DNA of 64,000 nucleotides from NCBI RefSeq assembly GCF_053078305.1, contig NZ_CP166879.1; one strand, 5' to 3'. Shown piece by piece: positions 1 to 9,640 of this stretch (position 1 is its first letter; each line of letters starts with the position of its first letter). The notes under the pieces were generated by a model. It saw only the letters and a program-made list of their open reading frames with translations, ran no database searches and was not told where the DNA came from. The position numbers and the translations under genes were made by a program.

Positions 1-3000
1 CAGGGATACGGTTTTACCGCTGATGACTGAGCTGATATTGCCAATATCCCCGATGGCCTTCAGGTTCAGTGCACCACCGGCGTTTATCAGTCCGGCATTC
101 AGGTTGTCGATACTACCTGTGCTGTCGAGCAGGAGGTCATTCTGTGCGTTGATGCTGCCGCCGCTGTTGGTGATATTGCCACCCGCAAGCTGCACGTTGT
201 TCCCGCTGATAACGCTGCCATTATGCAGAGTGATATCTTCCGGAGACAGATACAGTTTCGGAACCATGACTGTCTGTCCGTTGATGGTGACGGACTCCCA
301 CCACAGTATGCTTCTGGTCAGTTGTGCAACCTGCCCGGCGGTCAGCGACACACCAAAGGTCAGTCCGAGCGCTTTCTGTTGTGCTGCCGCGCTGTCCATC
401 AGGTATTTCATCTGCGCCAGGTCAGAGCCTGTGCCGTTGATATAACGTGAGCCCGTCTGGTTCAGTATGACGTTACTGACATACCGGGTATCAAAAGCCG
501 CATCCCCCAGAAAGCGGTAATCTTTTTCCGGTTTCAGGCCAAGACGGTCGAGAATGTACGACGAGCCCAGAAATTGTTTTTCATCGGTATATGCCGGGTC
601 TGTTTCTCGTGGTGCCTGTCCGGGTTGCATCCTGAGCAGGTCATACAGTCCGGCAAACAGACTGCTGTCCACCTTTCCGAGACCATCCAGTTTCGGGTTC
701 ACCGTAATCAGATACGGACTGTCCGGGTCCGTGGACGGGACAAAATAACCATTGTTACCGGATGGCAGGGGATAGCTGCTTACACTTGCCCCGGACAGCG
801 ACAGCGCACCCGGGATATCCTTCAGCGTATCCGGCAGCGCGTCATTCCATACAGGGCCGGTTATCCCGGTACCGCTTTCATTCAGCAGGGCTTCACCGCT
901 CACCCCCTGACTGACCGTCGGTGGTGTCAGGGAGTTCAGCGAAGGCACCGTTATCGTGTTACCTGCACCACCGGCCCGGGGCATGACAGTGGTATTACCG
1001 GTGTCAGTGGCAAAGCTGGCAGACACATCACCGGCAGCGCTGATAACCGCCCGGTACTGACCTGCCGGAGAGGTGCCACTGGCTTCTGTCGCATCCGGTG
1101 AGACCTGGCGATAGACCTTATACCATGGCTCAGTAAACCACGCTTTGGGGAGTGAGCCGGAGGCAAGCCGCCAGACCGTTTCCTTTCCGGTGGTTCCCTC
1201 CTGCCAGCCCTGATTGTTCAGTGTGTCGCCACTCAGGGTCATATTGCCACCGGCGAGAATAAACGATGCCTCATTATCCAGTCGTCCTGCACGGATATGC
1301 ATATCAGCGCCGCCGGATATCCTGGCAGCATGGCCGGAGGCACTGACTGTCACCGTTTCCGTATCGCCCGTACGGATACGGTATTCATCAGGTACCGTGG
1401 CACCCTTACCCCAGTACACGGCCAGATATTCCACACCATCATGCCGGACAACACCCCACCACCGGTTATTTTCCGGAACCGGTGAAATCACCCCGTGACT
1501 GCTTCCAGGAATGACCTCATGGCTGGCCGAAATGGCATCCCAGGAATTCAGAAGATGCGCCGTATTCATGGTGATATCGCCACGTGTGGTTTCAATATTA
1601 CCGGAACGGTTAATGATTTCGCTGTTTGCCGTCCCGCTGCTGTCCTTCTGTACCCACAGACTGTTGCCGGCCAGGATATCACCATGCTGGTTATGCAGAC
1701 GGTCTGTAAACAGCTTCAGGTTATTCCCCGCATAAATCAGCGCACTGTTCAGCAGGGTACCGGCCACATTCATTGTCAGACTGCCTGCCGTGCCGGTAAA
1801 ACCACTGATGGTGATATCACTCCGGCTGTTCAGACTCACATCGCCACCGGCCTGAAGTGAACCCGGTGCGTTAAGGAAAAGACGCTGTGCGCTGAAAACA
1901 CTGTTGCCTTTACCGGCAGTCAGCGTTCCATTGTTGGTGAATGCCTCTCCGGCACTGAGCATTATGGCATCACCCTGCATCACACCGCCGTTGGTGATGG
2001 CGTTCTGCGACGTGACGGAAAGGGTTTTCCCTGCGGCCAGGGTACCGTAATTCGTGAGGGCAGCAATCAGTTTCAGTGTGACATCACCGGTGGCCACCAC
2101 CTGGCCCTGACCACTGAAGTCCTGAGCGTCAAGCAGCAGGTTGCCTGCACTGTACAGCCGCCCTGTACCATTTTGCAGCAGTGAACTGCCCTTGACGCCA
2201 AGCCCGGAGGTTCCCAGCAGGGTACCACTGTTGCTGAATGTGTGGTAATTCACCAGCAGGTCCGCCCCCTGAAGCGTACCGGTATTATTCAGCGTGGTTC
2301 CTTTAACGTCGGCACTGCCGGTGGCAAGTACGCGTCCGCCGTTGACAGTATTCACCACATCCAGCAGCAGGGTGGCAGCCTGTACCAGTCCGCTGCCGGT
2401 GTTCGCCAGCACCTGCGCCGTCAGCGTGAGGTTGCTGCCGGAGAGGATTTTGCCGTCGTTCTGCAGACGGTCTGTGGCGTTCAGGGAAAAACCGCCACCA
2501 CCCTGTATCGTGCCCTGGTTACTCAGGGTCGCAGTACTGACATTCAGTGCATTCCGGCTCATCAGAACACCACCGGAACGGTTGTTCACGCCACCGGAGG
2601 CGGCCAGCGTCAGCGTTTCGCCCTGCAGATGCCCGCCGTTTGTGAGTTGTCCTGCCGTGATGGTGGTGGCATTTCCCTGTAATTGCCCGTCGTTTGTGAC
2701 ACTGTCTGCCTTCAGCGTCAGCACACCTGCACTGAGCAGTTTTCCGTTCGCCTGATTGTTCAGCGTCTGATTCACCGTGAGCGTGAGAGTATCCACACCG
2801 GTGATGTCACCCGCACTGGTCAGTGAGTTCGCCTTCAGGGTCAGATTTTTTGCAATCCATTGTCCGCTGTTGCTTAAATTCAGTGCACTGAGCGCCATTT
2901 CACCGTTCGAGGTGACTTTGCTGCCTGCTGTGCTGACGAGCTCACCCGTCAGACGTGCAGTCAGGCTGTCAGCCGCCTGGATCGCCCCGCTGTTTGCCAG

Positions 3001-5733
3001 ACTGTCTGCGGTGATCAGCACCCGTTTGCCCTGCCAGTGTCCGGAACTGGTAATACTGCCTGCGGTGATTGTCAGATCGCCGCTGGTCAGCAGTGAACCG
3101 CCGTTATTCATCAGCGCAGGTTGAGGGGATGCCATATCCATACGGGCGGCAAGCGTCAGCGCGGCTATCCCGGTGAGCGTGCCACTGTTGGTGACACTGT
3201 TCTGACAAATCGTGACATGGTTACCCTGGACAGTGCCGCGGTTATCCAGTGAGTTTCCATCAAGAGAGAGCGTGCCGGCCGAAAGCAGACTGCCCCGGTT
3301 GTCCGTGGTGGCTGCGTTCAGCGTGGTGTCACCCTGGCTCATGATATCGCCGGTACTGGTCAACTGACCGGTTGCCGAAGCAGTAAGGTTACCGGTTGCC
3401 AGCACGGAACCACGGTTCGCCCATCTGTCCGCCTGCACGGTGAGATTCTGTCCCTGCGTGGTCCCTGCGGTATTCAGTGTTTTACCCCGGAGGGAGAGGT
3501 CGCCCGCCGTCAGCCAGCGTCCGTTACGGCCCTGTGAGAGGGTGTCGCCTGCAAGCGCCAGTGCACCGGCGCCCTGCAACAGACCATCACCATCCAGCGT
3601 GGTCGCCCTGACGTTCAGCGTGTCAGCGATGATTTTTCCCGGATTGCTGAGGGAGGCAGTGTTTAACGTTAAACCATTATCACCGGTGATAAGCCCGCTG
3701 TTGCGGATGTCCGGTATATCCAGCGTCAGGTCTGCAGCACTGTACAGCGTGCCGTTCTGCTGATTATCAAGCCGCTGTGTGTTAACGGTGAGTGAGGCCT
3801 TCCCCTGCAACAGACCGCTGTTGGTCAGGGTCTGTGACTGTGTATTCAGGGCGGAAGCAACAAGTACGCCGCTGCTGGTCAGTTCCGGCGCACTGAGGCT
3901 GAGCGACGGGGCGCTGCTTTTCCCGCTGTGGGTGAGCTTTTCACTGGCGTTCAGGGTGAGGATGTCTCTGGCAGCCTGTGTTCCGTCAAGCTGTGCGTTC
4001 TGCACATCCACGCTGACACTGTTGCCCTGCGTCTGCGCAGTGGTCGTGGTCTTCAGACTGTTGCCTTTTACAGACACCGTGCCACCCGCACTGGTTTCAC
4101 CCGCCAGCGTGGAAGACGCGCTGTTCAGCATGAGGTTACCGTCACTGTGCGTGACTGATTTTTCTGTGGTGGTCAGTGTGTCTGCAGAAGCCACAAGTTC
4201 CTTTGCCCCGGAGAGGGTACCGCTGTTGTTTATCTGCGTGGCACTGAGCGTCAGCACGTCATCGCTGACGAGTCTGCCGCGGTTTTCAAGTGTACCGCTG
4301 ACGGTAACGCGGGCACTGTCTTTTGCACCGGCATCACCGGACAGTGTGGCATTGCGGGCGCTGATATCGAGTGTGCTGCCACTTTTAATACTGCCGGTGC
4401 TGGTCAGGTCAGTGGCGGTGACTTTCAGGCCATTCCCCTGGACGGTACCGGTATTACTGAATGTCCCGGTTTTCACCGTGGCATCGCGCCCGGCAACCAG
4501 TGTCCCACCGTTGTTCAGGCTGCCGGAGCTGACGGTGAGTGTTTTCCCGGCAACGCTGCGGCCTTTCAGTGTGGTATCCCCCGTGGTGGTAAGGGTGACA
4601 TTTTCAGCTGCATTCACGGCCCCGGAAGTCTGGTTCAGGTGCTGTGCACTGAGCATGGCGTTCTGTCCGGCAGTCAGTTCACCACCGTTCTGTACAATCT
4701 GCCCGGATGAAGACAGCACCAGATTTTTATCCGTCACCAGACGGGACTGATTCAGTGTCAGTCCCGTTGTCCCGGTAACGCTGAGATTTCCTCCGGCTTT
4801 GTTATCCCCTGAAAGTGAGACATCCGTTCCGGTTACGGTGGTACTGCCGCCGGCAAGGCTGTTCTTCAGGACCAGTTTTCCGGAACTGCTCAGTATGATA
4901 TCGCCCTCCCGGGCATAAAGGTTACCAAGATTAACCCCGACACCATTTTCAGTGGAGGTCAGATGAATACGCCTGGCGTACATTCCACCGAGCGCGCCAG
5001 TATCAACGGCAACTTTCGGCACATCACCTTCGCCCTTCAGGGCACTGACACGACCATCTGCAGTTACACGGTTAGCACCTGCAGTGACAGTTAAATCCTT
5101 CGCATGAAGCGCGGCATTCACTTCCGTTGCACGGGCAATAATGGATACGGCATCGCTCCGGGTGCCGTCCAGGCCCGCGCCATTGATGGTGATACTGCCT
5201 TCAGTCACCTCCAGCGCCTGCAGGCTGCCGTCGGCATTCATCACAGGTCTGCCCGTGGTGAGCGTCGCGTGCGGCGTGTTGATAAAGCCACAGCCGTCAC
5301 AGGTGATACCATACGGGTTGGCAACCATCACATTCGCCGCTTTGCCGGCCACTTCCGTATAGCCCTGCAGCAGTGAACGCTTACCGCCGGTCACTTCGTT
5401 GATGATACCCTTCGCTTCCCCGCCCGCTTTCAGGTTCGGGTTATTCTGTATCAGTCCACCAAGCTGCGTCGGATTAAGCTTACCGGTGGCATTATTGAGA
5501 ATCAGCCCTTCCTTCCCGACGTTGTAATCCGTAAACCGGTTATGCGAAATCCCGGCCCCGTCCGGCGTGGCAATGTTCACGACCGGCACACCATTTGCCG
5601 CTTTATCCATTCCGGCCCCGTTTTGTGGGGTGATGACGGCCCCCACAGCCGGTAACAACGGCTGCCCGGCGATAATTGTACTGATAAGGTAACTCAGCAG
5701 GCGGTAAGTGAAGCGAACAGGAGGCTGATGCAT
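1..5733 (-). CDS. cdiA: CdiA contact-dependent inhibition exoprotein, N-terminal about 1911 codons (TPS secretion domain plus filamentous haemagglutinin repeats); 3' end with toxin and cdiI lies outside the window
   Basis: ATG at 5733-5731 sits 13 bp downstream of the cdiB stop; reverse-strand translation starts [33 protein letters not shown] (extended signal peptide typical of TPS exoproteins) and stays open to position 1 (5733 = 3 x 1911). Not in the ORF track because there is no stop inside the window; plus-strand ORFs here are short and in mixed frames. Confidence 0.85.
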   Translation of the reverse strand, partial: MHQPPVRFTYRLLSYLISTIIAGQPLLPAVGAVITPQNGAGMDKAANGVPVVNIATPDGAGISHNRFTDYNVGKEGLILNNATGKLNPTQLGGLIQNNPNLKAGGEAKGIINEVTGGKRSLLQGYTEVAGKAANVMVANPYGITCDGCGFINTPHATLTTGRPVMNADGSLQALEVTEGSITINGAGLDGTRSDAVSIIARATEVNAALHAKDLTVTAGANRVTADGRVSALKGEGDVPKVAVDTGALGGMYARRIHLTSTENGVGVNLGNLYAREGDIILSSSGKLVLKNSLAGGSTTVTGTDVSLSGDNKAGGNLSVTGTTGLTLNQSRLVTDKNLVLSSSGQIVQNGGELTAGQNAMLSAQHLNQTSGAVNAAENVTLTTTGDTTLKGRSVAGKTLTVSSGSLNNGGTLVAGRDATVKTGTFSNTGTVQGNGLKVTATDLTSTGSIKSGSTLDISARNATLSGDAGAKDSARVTVSGTLENRGRLVSDDVLTLSATQINNSGTLSGAKELVASADTLTTTEKSVTHSDGNLMLNSASSTLAGETSAGGTVSVKGNSLKTTTTAQTQGNSVSVDVQNAQLDGTQAARDILTLNASEKLTHSGKSSAPSLSLSAPELTSSGVLVASALNTQSQTLTNSGLLQGKASLTVNTQRLDNQQNGTLYSAADLTLDIPDIRNSGLITGDNGLTLNTASLSNPGKIIADTLNVRATTLDGDGLLQGAGALALAGDTLSQGRNGRWLTAGDLSLRGKTLNTAGTTQGQNLTVQADRWANRGSVLATGNLTASATGQLTSTGDIMSQGDTTLNAATTDNRGSLLSAGTLSLDGNSLDNRGTVQGNHVTICQNSVTNSGTLTGIAALTLAARMDMASPQPALMNNGGSLLTSGDLTITAGSITSSGHWQGKRVLITADSLANSGAIQAADSLTARLTGELVSTAGSKVTSNGEMALSALNLSNSGQWIAKNLTLKANSLTSAGDITGVDTLTLTVNQTLNNQANGKLLSAGVLTLKADSVTNDGQLQGNATTITAGQLTNGGHLQGETLTLAASGGVNNRSGGVLMSRNALNVSTATLSNQGTIQGGGGFSLNATDRLQNDGKILSGSNLTLTAQVLANTGSGLVQAATLLLDVVNTVNGGRVLATGSADVKGTTLNNTGTLQGADLLVNYHTFSNSGTLLGTSGLGVKGSSLLQNGTGRLYSAGNLLLDAQDFSGQGQVVATGDVTLKLIAALTNYGTLAAGKTLSVTSQNAITNGGVMQGDAIMLSAGEAFTNNGTLTAGKGNSVFSAQRLFLNAPGSLQAGGDVSLNSRSDITISGFTGTAGSLTMNVAGTLLNSALIYAGNNLKLFTDRLHNQHGDILAGNSLWVQKDSSGTANSEIINRSGNIETTRGDITMNTAHLLNSWDAISASHEVIPGSSHGVISPVPENNRWWGVVRHDGVEYLAVYWGKGATVPDEYRIRTGDTETVTVSASGHAARISGGADMHIRAGRLDNEASFILAGGNMTLSGDTLNNQGWQEGTTGKETVWRLASGSLPKAWFTEPWYKVYRQVSPDATEASGTSPAGQYRAVISAAGDVSASFATDTGNTTVMPRAGGAGNTITVPSLNSLTPPTVSQGVSGEALLNESGTGITGPVWNDALPDTLKDIPGALSLSGASVSSYPLPSGNNGYFVPSTDPDSPYLITVNPKLDGLGKVDSSLFAGLYDLLRMQPGQAPRETDPAYTDEKQFLGSSYILDRLGLKPEKDYRFLGDAAFDTRYVSNVILNQTGSRYINGTGSDLAQMKYLMDSAAAQQKALGLTFGVSLTAGQVAQLTRSILWWESVTINGQTVMVPKLYLSPEDITLHNGSVISGNNVQLAGGNITNSGGSINAQNDLLLDSTGSIDNLNAGLINAGGALNLKAIGDIGNISSVISGKTVSL

Positions 5734-5745
5734 GGTAATAATCCC

Positions 5746-7513
5746 TTAAAACGCGACGGCAACGCGCCAGTAAACCGTGAGATGGTCAGGGGCAAGCCAG
5801 TCCGGGTAAACAAGAGGCAGTCCGGCGGTGAACGAACCGGAAACATGACCACTGGTGGTGCTGAGCCCGGCAGCAGCACCCCACAGCGTGCCGGACGAGT
5901 ACGGGTCATCGCTGTCAGAGTGCAGCCAGCCGCCGTCCAGTGCAGTCACTGCACGGACTGTCCCCACATATGGCAGGGAGAACAGAGACCAGGACAGCTC
6001 ATTTCGCAGATAACCGCCGTTATTACCGGAGATATACTGCTCCTTAAAGCCACGCACTGAACTCTCACCCCCGAGGCTCAGTTGTTCCACACCATGAAGA
6101 CGGTCCGGTGACCACTGGGCATAAGCGCTGGTCAGCCACCACACCCTGTCCGTGACGGGGCGCTGAAAACTGGCGCTTAATGACCATTTCCGGAACTGAT
6201 TTACGGGCAGGTCTCCCCTTTTCCCGTGGTCGCTTTCTGCGCCGAACCAGGGCATCCCCCGTGTGAATACCGGATTCAGTGTTCCGACACCCCCCAGAAA
6301 CTTGTGTGTGTGATTCAGCCCGACAGAAAATGAAGTGAGTTTACGGCTGCTGCCCTGAAGCAGAACATCATCCAGATAATTGTGAATAATGCGGTGCTGC
6401 AGACCTCCGGTCAGTGCTGTCTTCATGTCCCCGTTACGGAACAGGACATGCGACAGTCCCAGCCGGTGAGTCTGCAGGTCTCCCGTGGAACGCCACCGCC
6501 AGCCCCGGTTATCAATGGTGCTGAGGTAGTCACTCCATGAATACGTGTAATCCACCAGGGTATAGCCATACGGCAGACTGACACCGGCGGCAAAATTCCT
6601 CGCATCATGTGACACCGAAAAGTCACTGCTCCGTCCTCCGCTGACAAACCAGTTGTCAGCCAGCCCCAGAGGATTATTAAAGGAAAGGACTCCATTTAAC
6701 TGCCCCGTACCGGTATTCTTCTGTCCGCTGTTGTCGATGCCCACGCTCCCTGTGACAGGCCATTCCGGCGATGCCGTCAGTGTCACCACCGACCATCCCT
6801 CACGGTCACCGGGCGATATTTCAATCTGTACCGGCTCCGTACGCAGACGGTTAATCTGCTCCATCCCCTGCTCAATATCCCGCAGGTTCAGAACCTTCCC
6901 CTCCATTCCCGGGAAAACCATCTTCAGGGTGCGGGCAGGAAGGTCAGCGCCTTCCGCCCGGATTTGCTGCAGCCTGCCTTCCATGACCGTTATGTGCAGT
7001 ACGCCCCCTGAAAGGTCCTGCTCTGTCAGAAAGGCCCGGCTGGTGATATATCCCCGGCGTATATAGCCGTCCGTCACGGCATCCGTGACCGCGGTCAGCC
7101 CCGTGATATTCAGACACTGATTCACCCACGGTGCCACCAGTCTGTCGGTTTCTGCAGACGTCAGTCGGGTGGCCCCACTGACAACAATGCGTGACACCGT
7201 AAAGCAGGGACCGTCAGTACCGGCAGACATTTTCCGGAGACGGTATGACAGTCAGCGGCGCACTGCGCTCCAGCGCATCACGCTGACGCTGGTTTTCATC
7301 CAGCAACTGCTGCTGTTGCTGCTGAATGGCACTGCGGTCACCCGGAGACAGCATGGCAGCCGGAGACGAAAACGAAAGAATGCAAAGGCAGGAGAGGAGG
7401 GGAAAATAGCGTGCCACCGGAGAGAAAGTGCGGAGCTTAAATGCGCACTGGCCGGAAACCATACCAGGCAACAACGTTCTGTTCGCCAGTAAGTTATCCT
7501 GCCGGTGCTGCAT
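5746..7513 (-). pseudogene. cdiB: CdiB (TpsB/ShlB-family outer-membrane transporter) interrupted by a +1 frameshift near 7214-7230
   Basis: Two overlapping minus-strand ORFs in different frames: 7214..7513 (99 aa, MQHRQDNLLANRTLL..., signal peptide and Gln-rich stretch) and 5746..7230 (494 aa, POTRA/beta-barrel body). Together about 590 aa, the expected CdiB size. Junction reads ccggaaaatgtctgccggtactga, where one extra nucleotide separates PSPE from SAGTDGP. Confidence 0.65.
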
Positions 7514-8100
7514 ATTCTCCTCGTGGGGTATCCAGTGTAAATTAACGTAAGTGGAATGTCAGTGCTGAAATTTACACCCGATAAAAAACATACAGAAACA
7601 ATCCTGTTATGTAAAATCTGGAAAAATGTCAGAAATGTGATCGAAGTTGTGTTTTACGGAGGGGGAAAAGGAAAAAAGACATCCTTTGATGGTAAAAAAG
7701 ATGTTTCCTGCAGAGTAACAATCAGGAATGCAACACAAGTTCCAGTTCAGGTGTTGTGGATTTGAGTAAAAAAACAGTCATAACTCTCCTGAGAACCTGA
7801 AACTCCTCAGTGTGTTCTTATAAATGGAAAATGCGCAATAACGATGATTCCAGTCACTACTGATAACGCGTTTTGCGTATGCCGAACTGTGATCGATTCA
7901 GGTGTCATTTTGCACGTTTCTCATCTTTGATGTAACCCACCATCCCTGACCTAGCATCGCAATAAAATTAAGTCTGAATAAAAATTACGACAATTTCACA
8001 GTTTCTGTCGATTGTGGCATTATCAGCAGCATCCACCTCCGGGGTTTACACCGGAGCCTGAACAGGTAAACTACCTGTTCATCCTGTTTATTATCCCTGA

Positions 8101-9000
8101 ATGCTTATGTCGCAGTTCGATTTTACCAGTCTGGATCCCTTTGCCCGAGCCGTTTCTCCTTTTGAGGAAATGGCGGCTTATGAGGCGTTATGGTCAGAAA
8201 AAGGCGCGACATTCAAAACTATTGCGGATAAATTTCGTGCAGCACCAACCGGCTCGCTTCCTTCTGACTTTGTCTCAGACAGCATTATTGCTGCTTTTAA
8301 AAACCGGCTGAAAGAAATTATCGCGCGTTACGATATTGACGATCTGGGGATACGTGTCCATGGGGCCGGAGAATATCCAGAAAAACTGCGGGATGCGCGG
8401 AACCCCATAGAACTTCTTTACTATCAGGGGTGGTGGGACCTGATTAACACTCGCTCGGTAGCTGTTGTTGGTTCCCGTAGAGTCTCTGAAGAAGGAGCAA
8501 AACGAACCCGCAAAGTCGTCAAATTTCTGGTTGAGGATGGTTTTACCATCGTTTCAGGACTGGCTGAAGGCGTGGATACCAACGCGCATCAGACGGCACT
8601 GGCTCTGGGTGGTAAAACGATTGCAGTTATCGGGACACCACTTTCACATCATTATCCCAGACAAAACAGTAATCTGCAGAAAAACATTCGCGACAACCAC
8701 CTGCTTATCAGTCAGGTTCCGTTTCATCGATACCTGGAGCAGGACTATCGGAGCAACCGAATATTTTTTCCGGAGCGAAATGTCACGATGTCTGCGCTGA
8801 CAGAAGCAACGATTATTATTGAAGCATCAGAAACATCAGGTACTCTGACTCAGGCACGTGCGGCACTTGCCCAGGGCCGAAAATTGTTTATTCTGGAATC
8901 CTGCTTTCGTAACCCATCAATTACATGGCCTGCCCGTTTTGAAGCGCAAGGGGCCATTCGGGTCAGGAATTACGAAGACATCAGGAGGCATCTCCGTTGA
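8101..9000 (+). CDS. DprA/Smf-like Rossmann-fold (SLOG) protein, ShosA-like
   Basis: 299 aa; DprA-type motif string VAVVGSRRVSEEG...IVSGLAEGVDTNAHQTALALGGKTIAVIGTPLSHHYP...EASETSGTLTQARAALAQGRKLFILES; stop overlaps the start of the next gene. Confidence 0.65.
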   Translation: MLMSQFDFTSLDPFARAVSPFEEMAAYEALWSEKGATFKTIADKFRAAPTGSLPSDFVSDSIIAAFKNRLKEIIARYDIDDLGIRVHGAGEYPEKLRDARNPIELLYYQGWWDLINTRSVAVVGSRRVSEEGAKRTRKVVKFLVEDGFTIVSGLAEGVDTNAHQTALALGGKTIAVIGTPLSHHYPRQNSNLQKNIRDNHLLISQVPFHRYLEQDYRSNRIFFPERNVTMSALTEATIIIEASETSGTLTQARAALAQGRKLFILESCFRNPSITWPARFEAQGAIRVRNYEDIRRHLR

Positions 9001-9623
9001 CACTTCGTCTGACTCTGATTGATGAACTGATACGTAAACAACATCATTATCTGGAGGATGGTGATCTGTGTTATTGCTTTGGCGAATACACAGCCCGACA
9101 AGGCGCTGCTTACAGCGAAACTAACCAGTTAATCATCAATCTTAAAAAGGGGTATGAACGTCGGGCATTCCCTGATTACCACTATAAAAAGGTTGCTATT
9201 GAGTATGTTGCTCAGATGCTCATATCAAATATCGGTAATCTTGAGGAATACACATTTGTTCCCGTACCACCATCCAAATGCCGTACAGATGCCGCTTACG
9301 ATGACCGTATGACAGAAATTCTGCGAATTGCGCAAACCTACGAACCCTGGCTGGATTACCGGGAACTGGTTGTGCAAAACGTATCAACAATTGCCTCTCA
9401 TACCGCAACAAACCGGCCCTCACCAGAAGCGATTATGGCAAACTACCAACTGGATGAACAATTACTGGAGGGATGCAGGCCCTGGATTGTTATTTTTGAT
9501 GACGTTCTTACTGCCGGTAGCCATTTTAAAGCGATGAAAAGCCTGATACTACAACATATTCCTGAAGCCTGTATACTGGGACTCTTTGTTGCCCGAACAA
9601 CCCGGGGAGCTCAAATTATTTAA
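8997..9623 (+). CDS. Phosphoribosyltransferase (PRTase)-domain protein, ComF/ShosT-like
   Basis: 208 aa; C-terminal PRPP-binding-type motif WIVIFDDVLTAGSHF; TTG start at 8997 overlapping the upstream TGA (TTGA), with AGGAGG at 8983-8988. Confidence 0.55.
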   Translation: MTLRLTLIDELIRKQHHYLEDGDLCYCFGEYTARQGAAYSETNQLIINLKKGYERRAFPDYHYKKVAIEYVAQMLISNIGNLEEYTFVPVPPSKCRTDAAYDDRMTEILRIAQTYEPWLDYRELVVQNVSTIASHTATNRPSPEAIMANYQLDEQLLEGCRPWIVIFDDVLTAGSHFKAMKSLILQHIPEACILGLFVARTTRGAQII

Positions 9624-9640
9624 AAAGGGTAAAGTACTCC

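Noticed and set aside
23-5376. Many plus-strand ORFs (e.g. 3779..4750, 323 aa; 2294..2755; 3440..3763) with Ser/Pro/Val/Leu-rich low-complexity translations
   Set aside because: They are antisense to the cdiA repeat region. The minus strand carries one continuous frame from the ATG at 5733 with a recognisable CdiA N-terminus.
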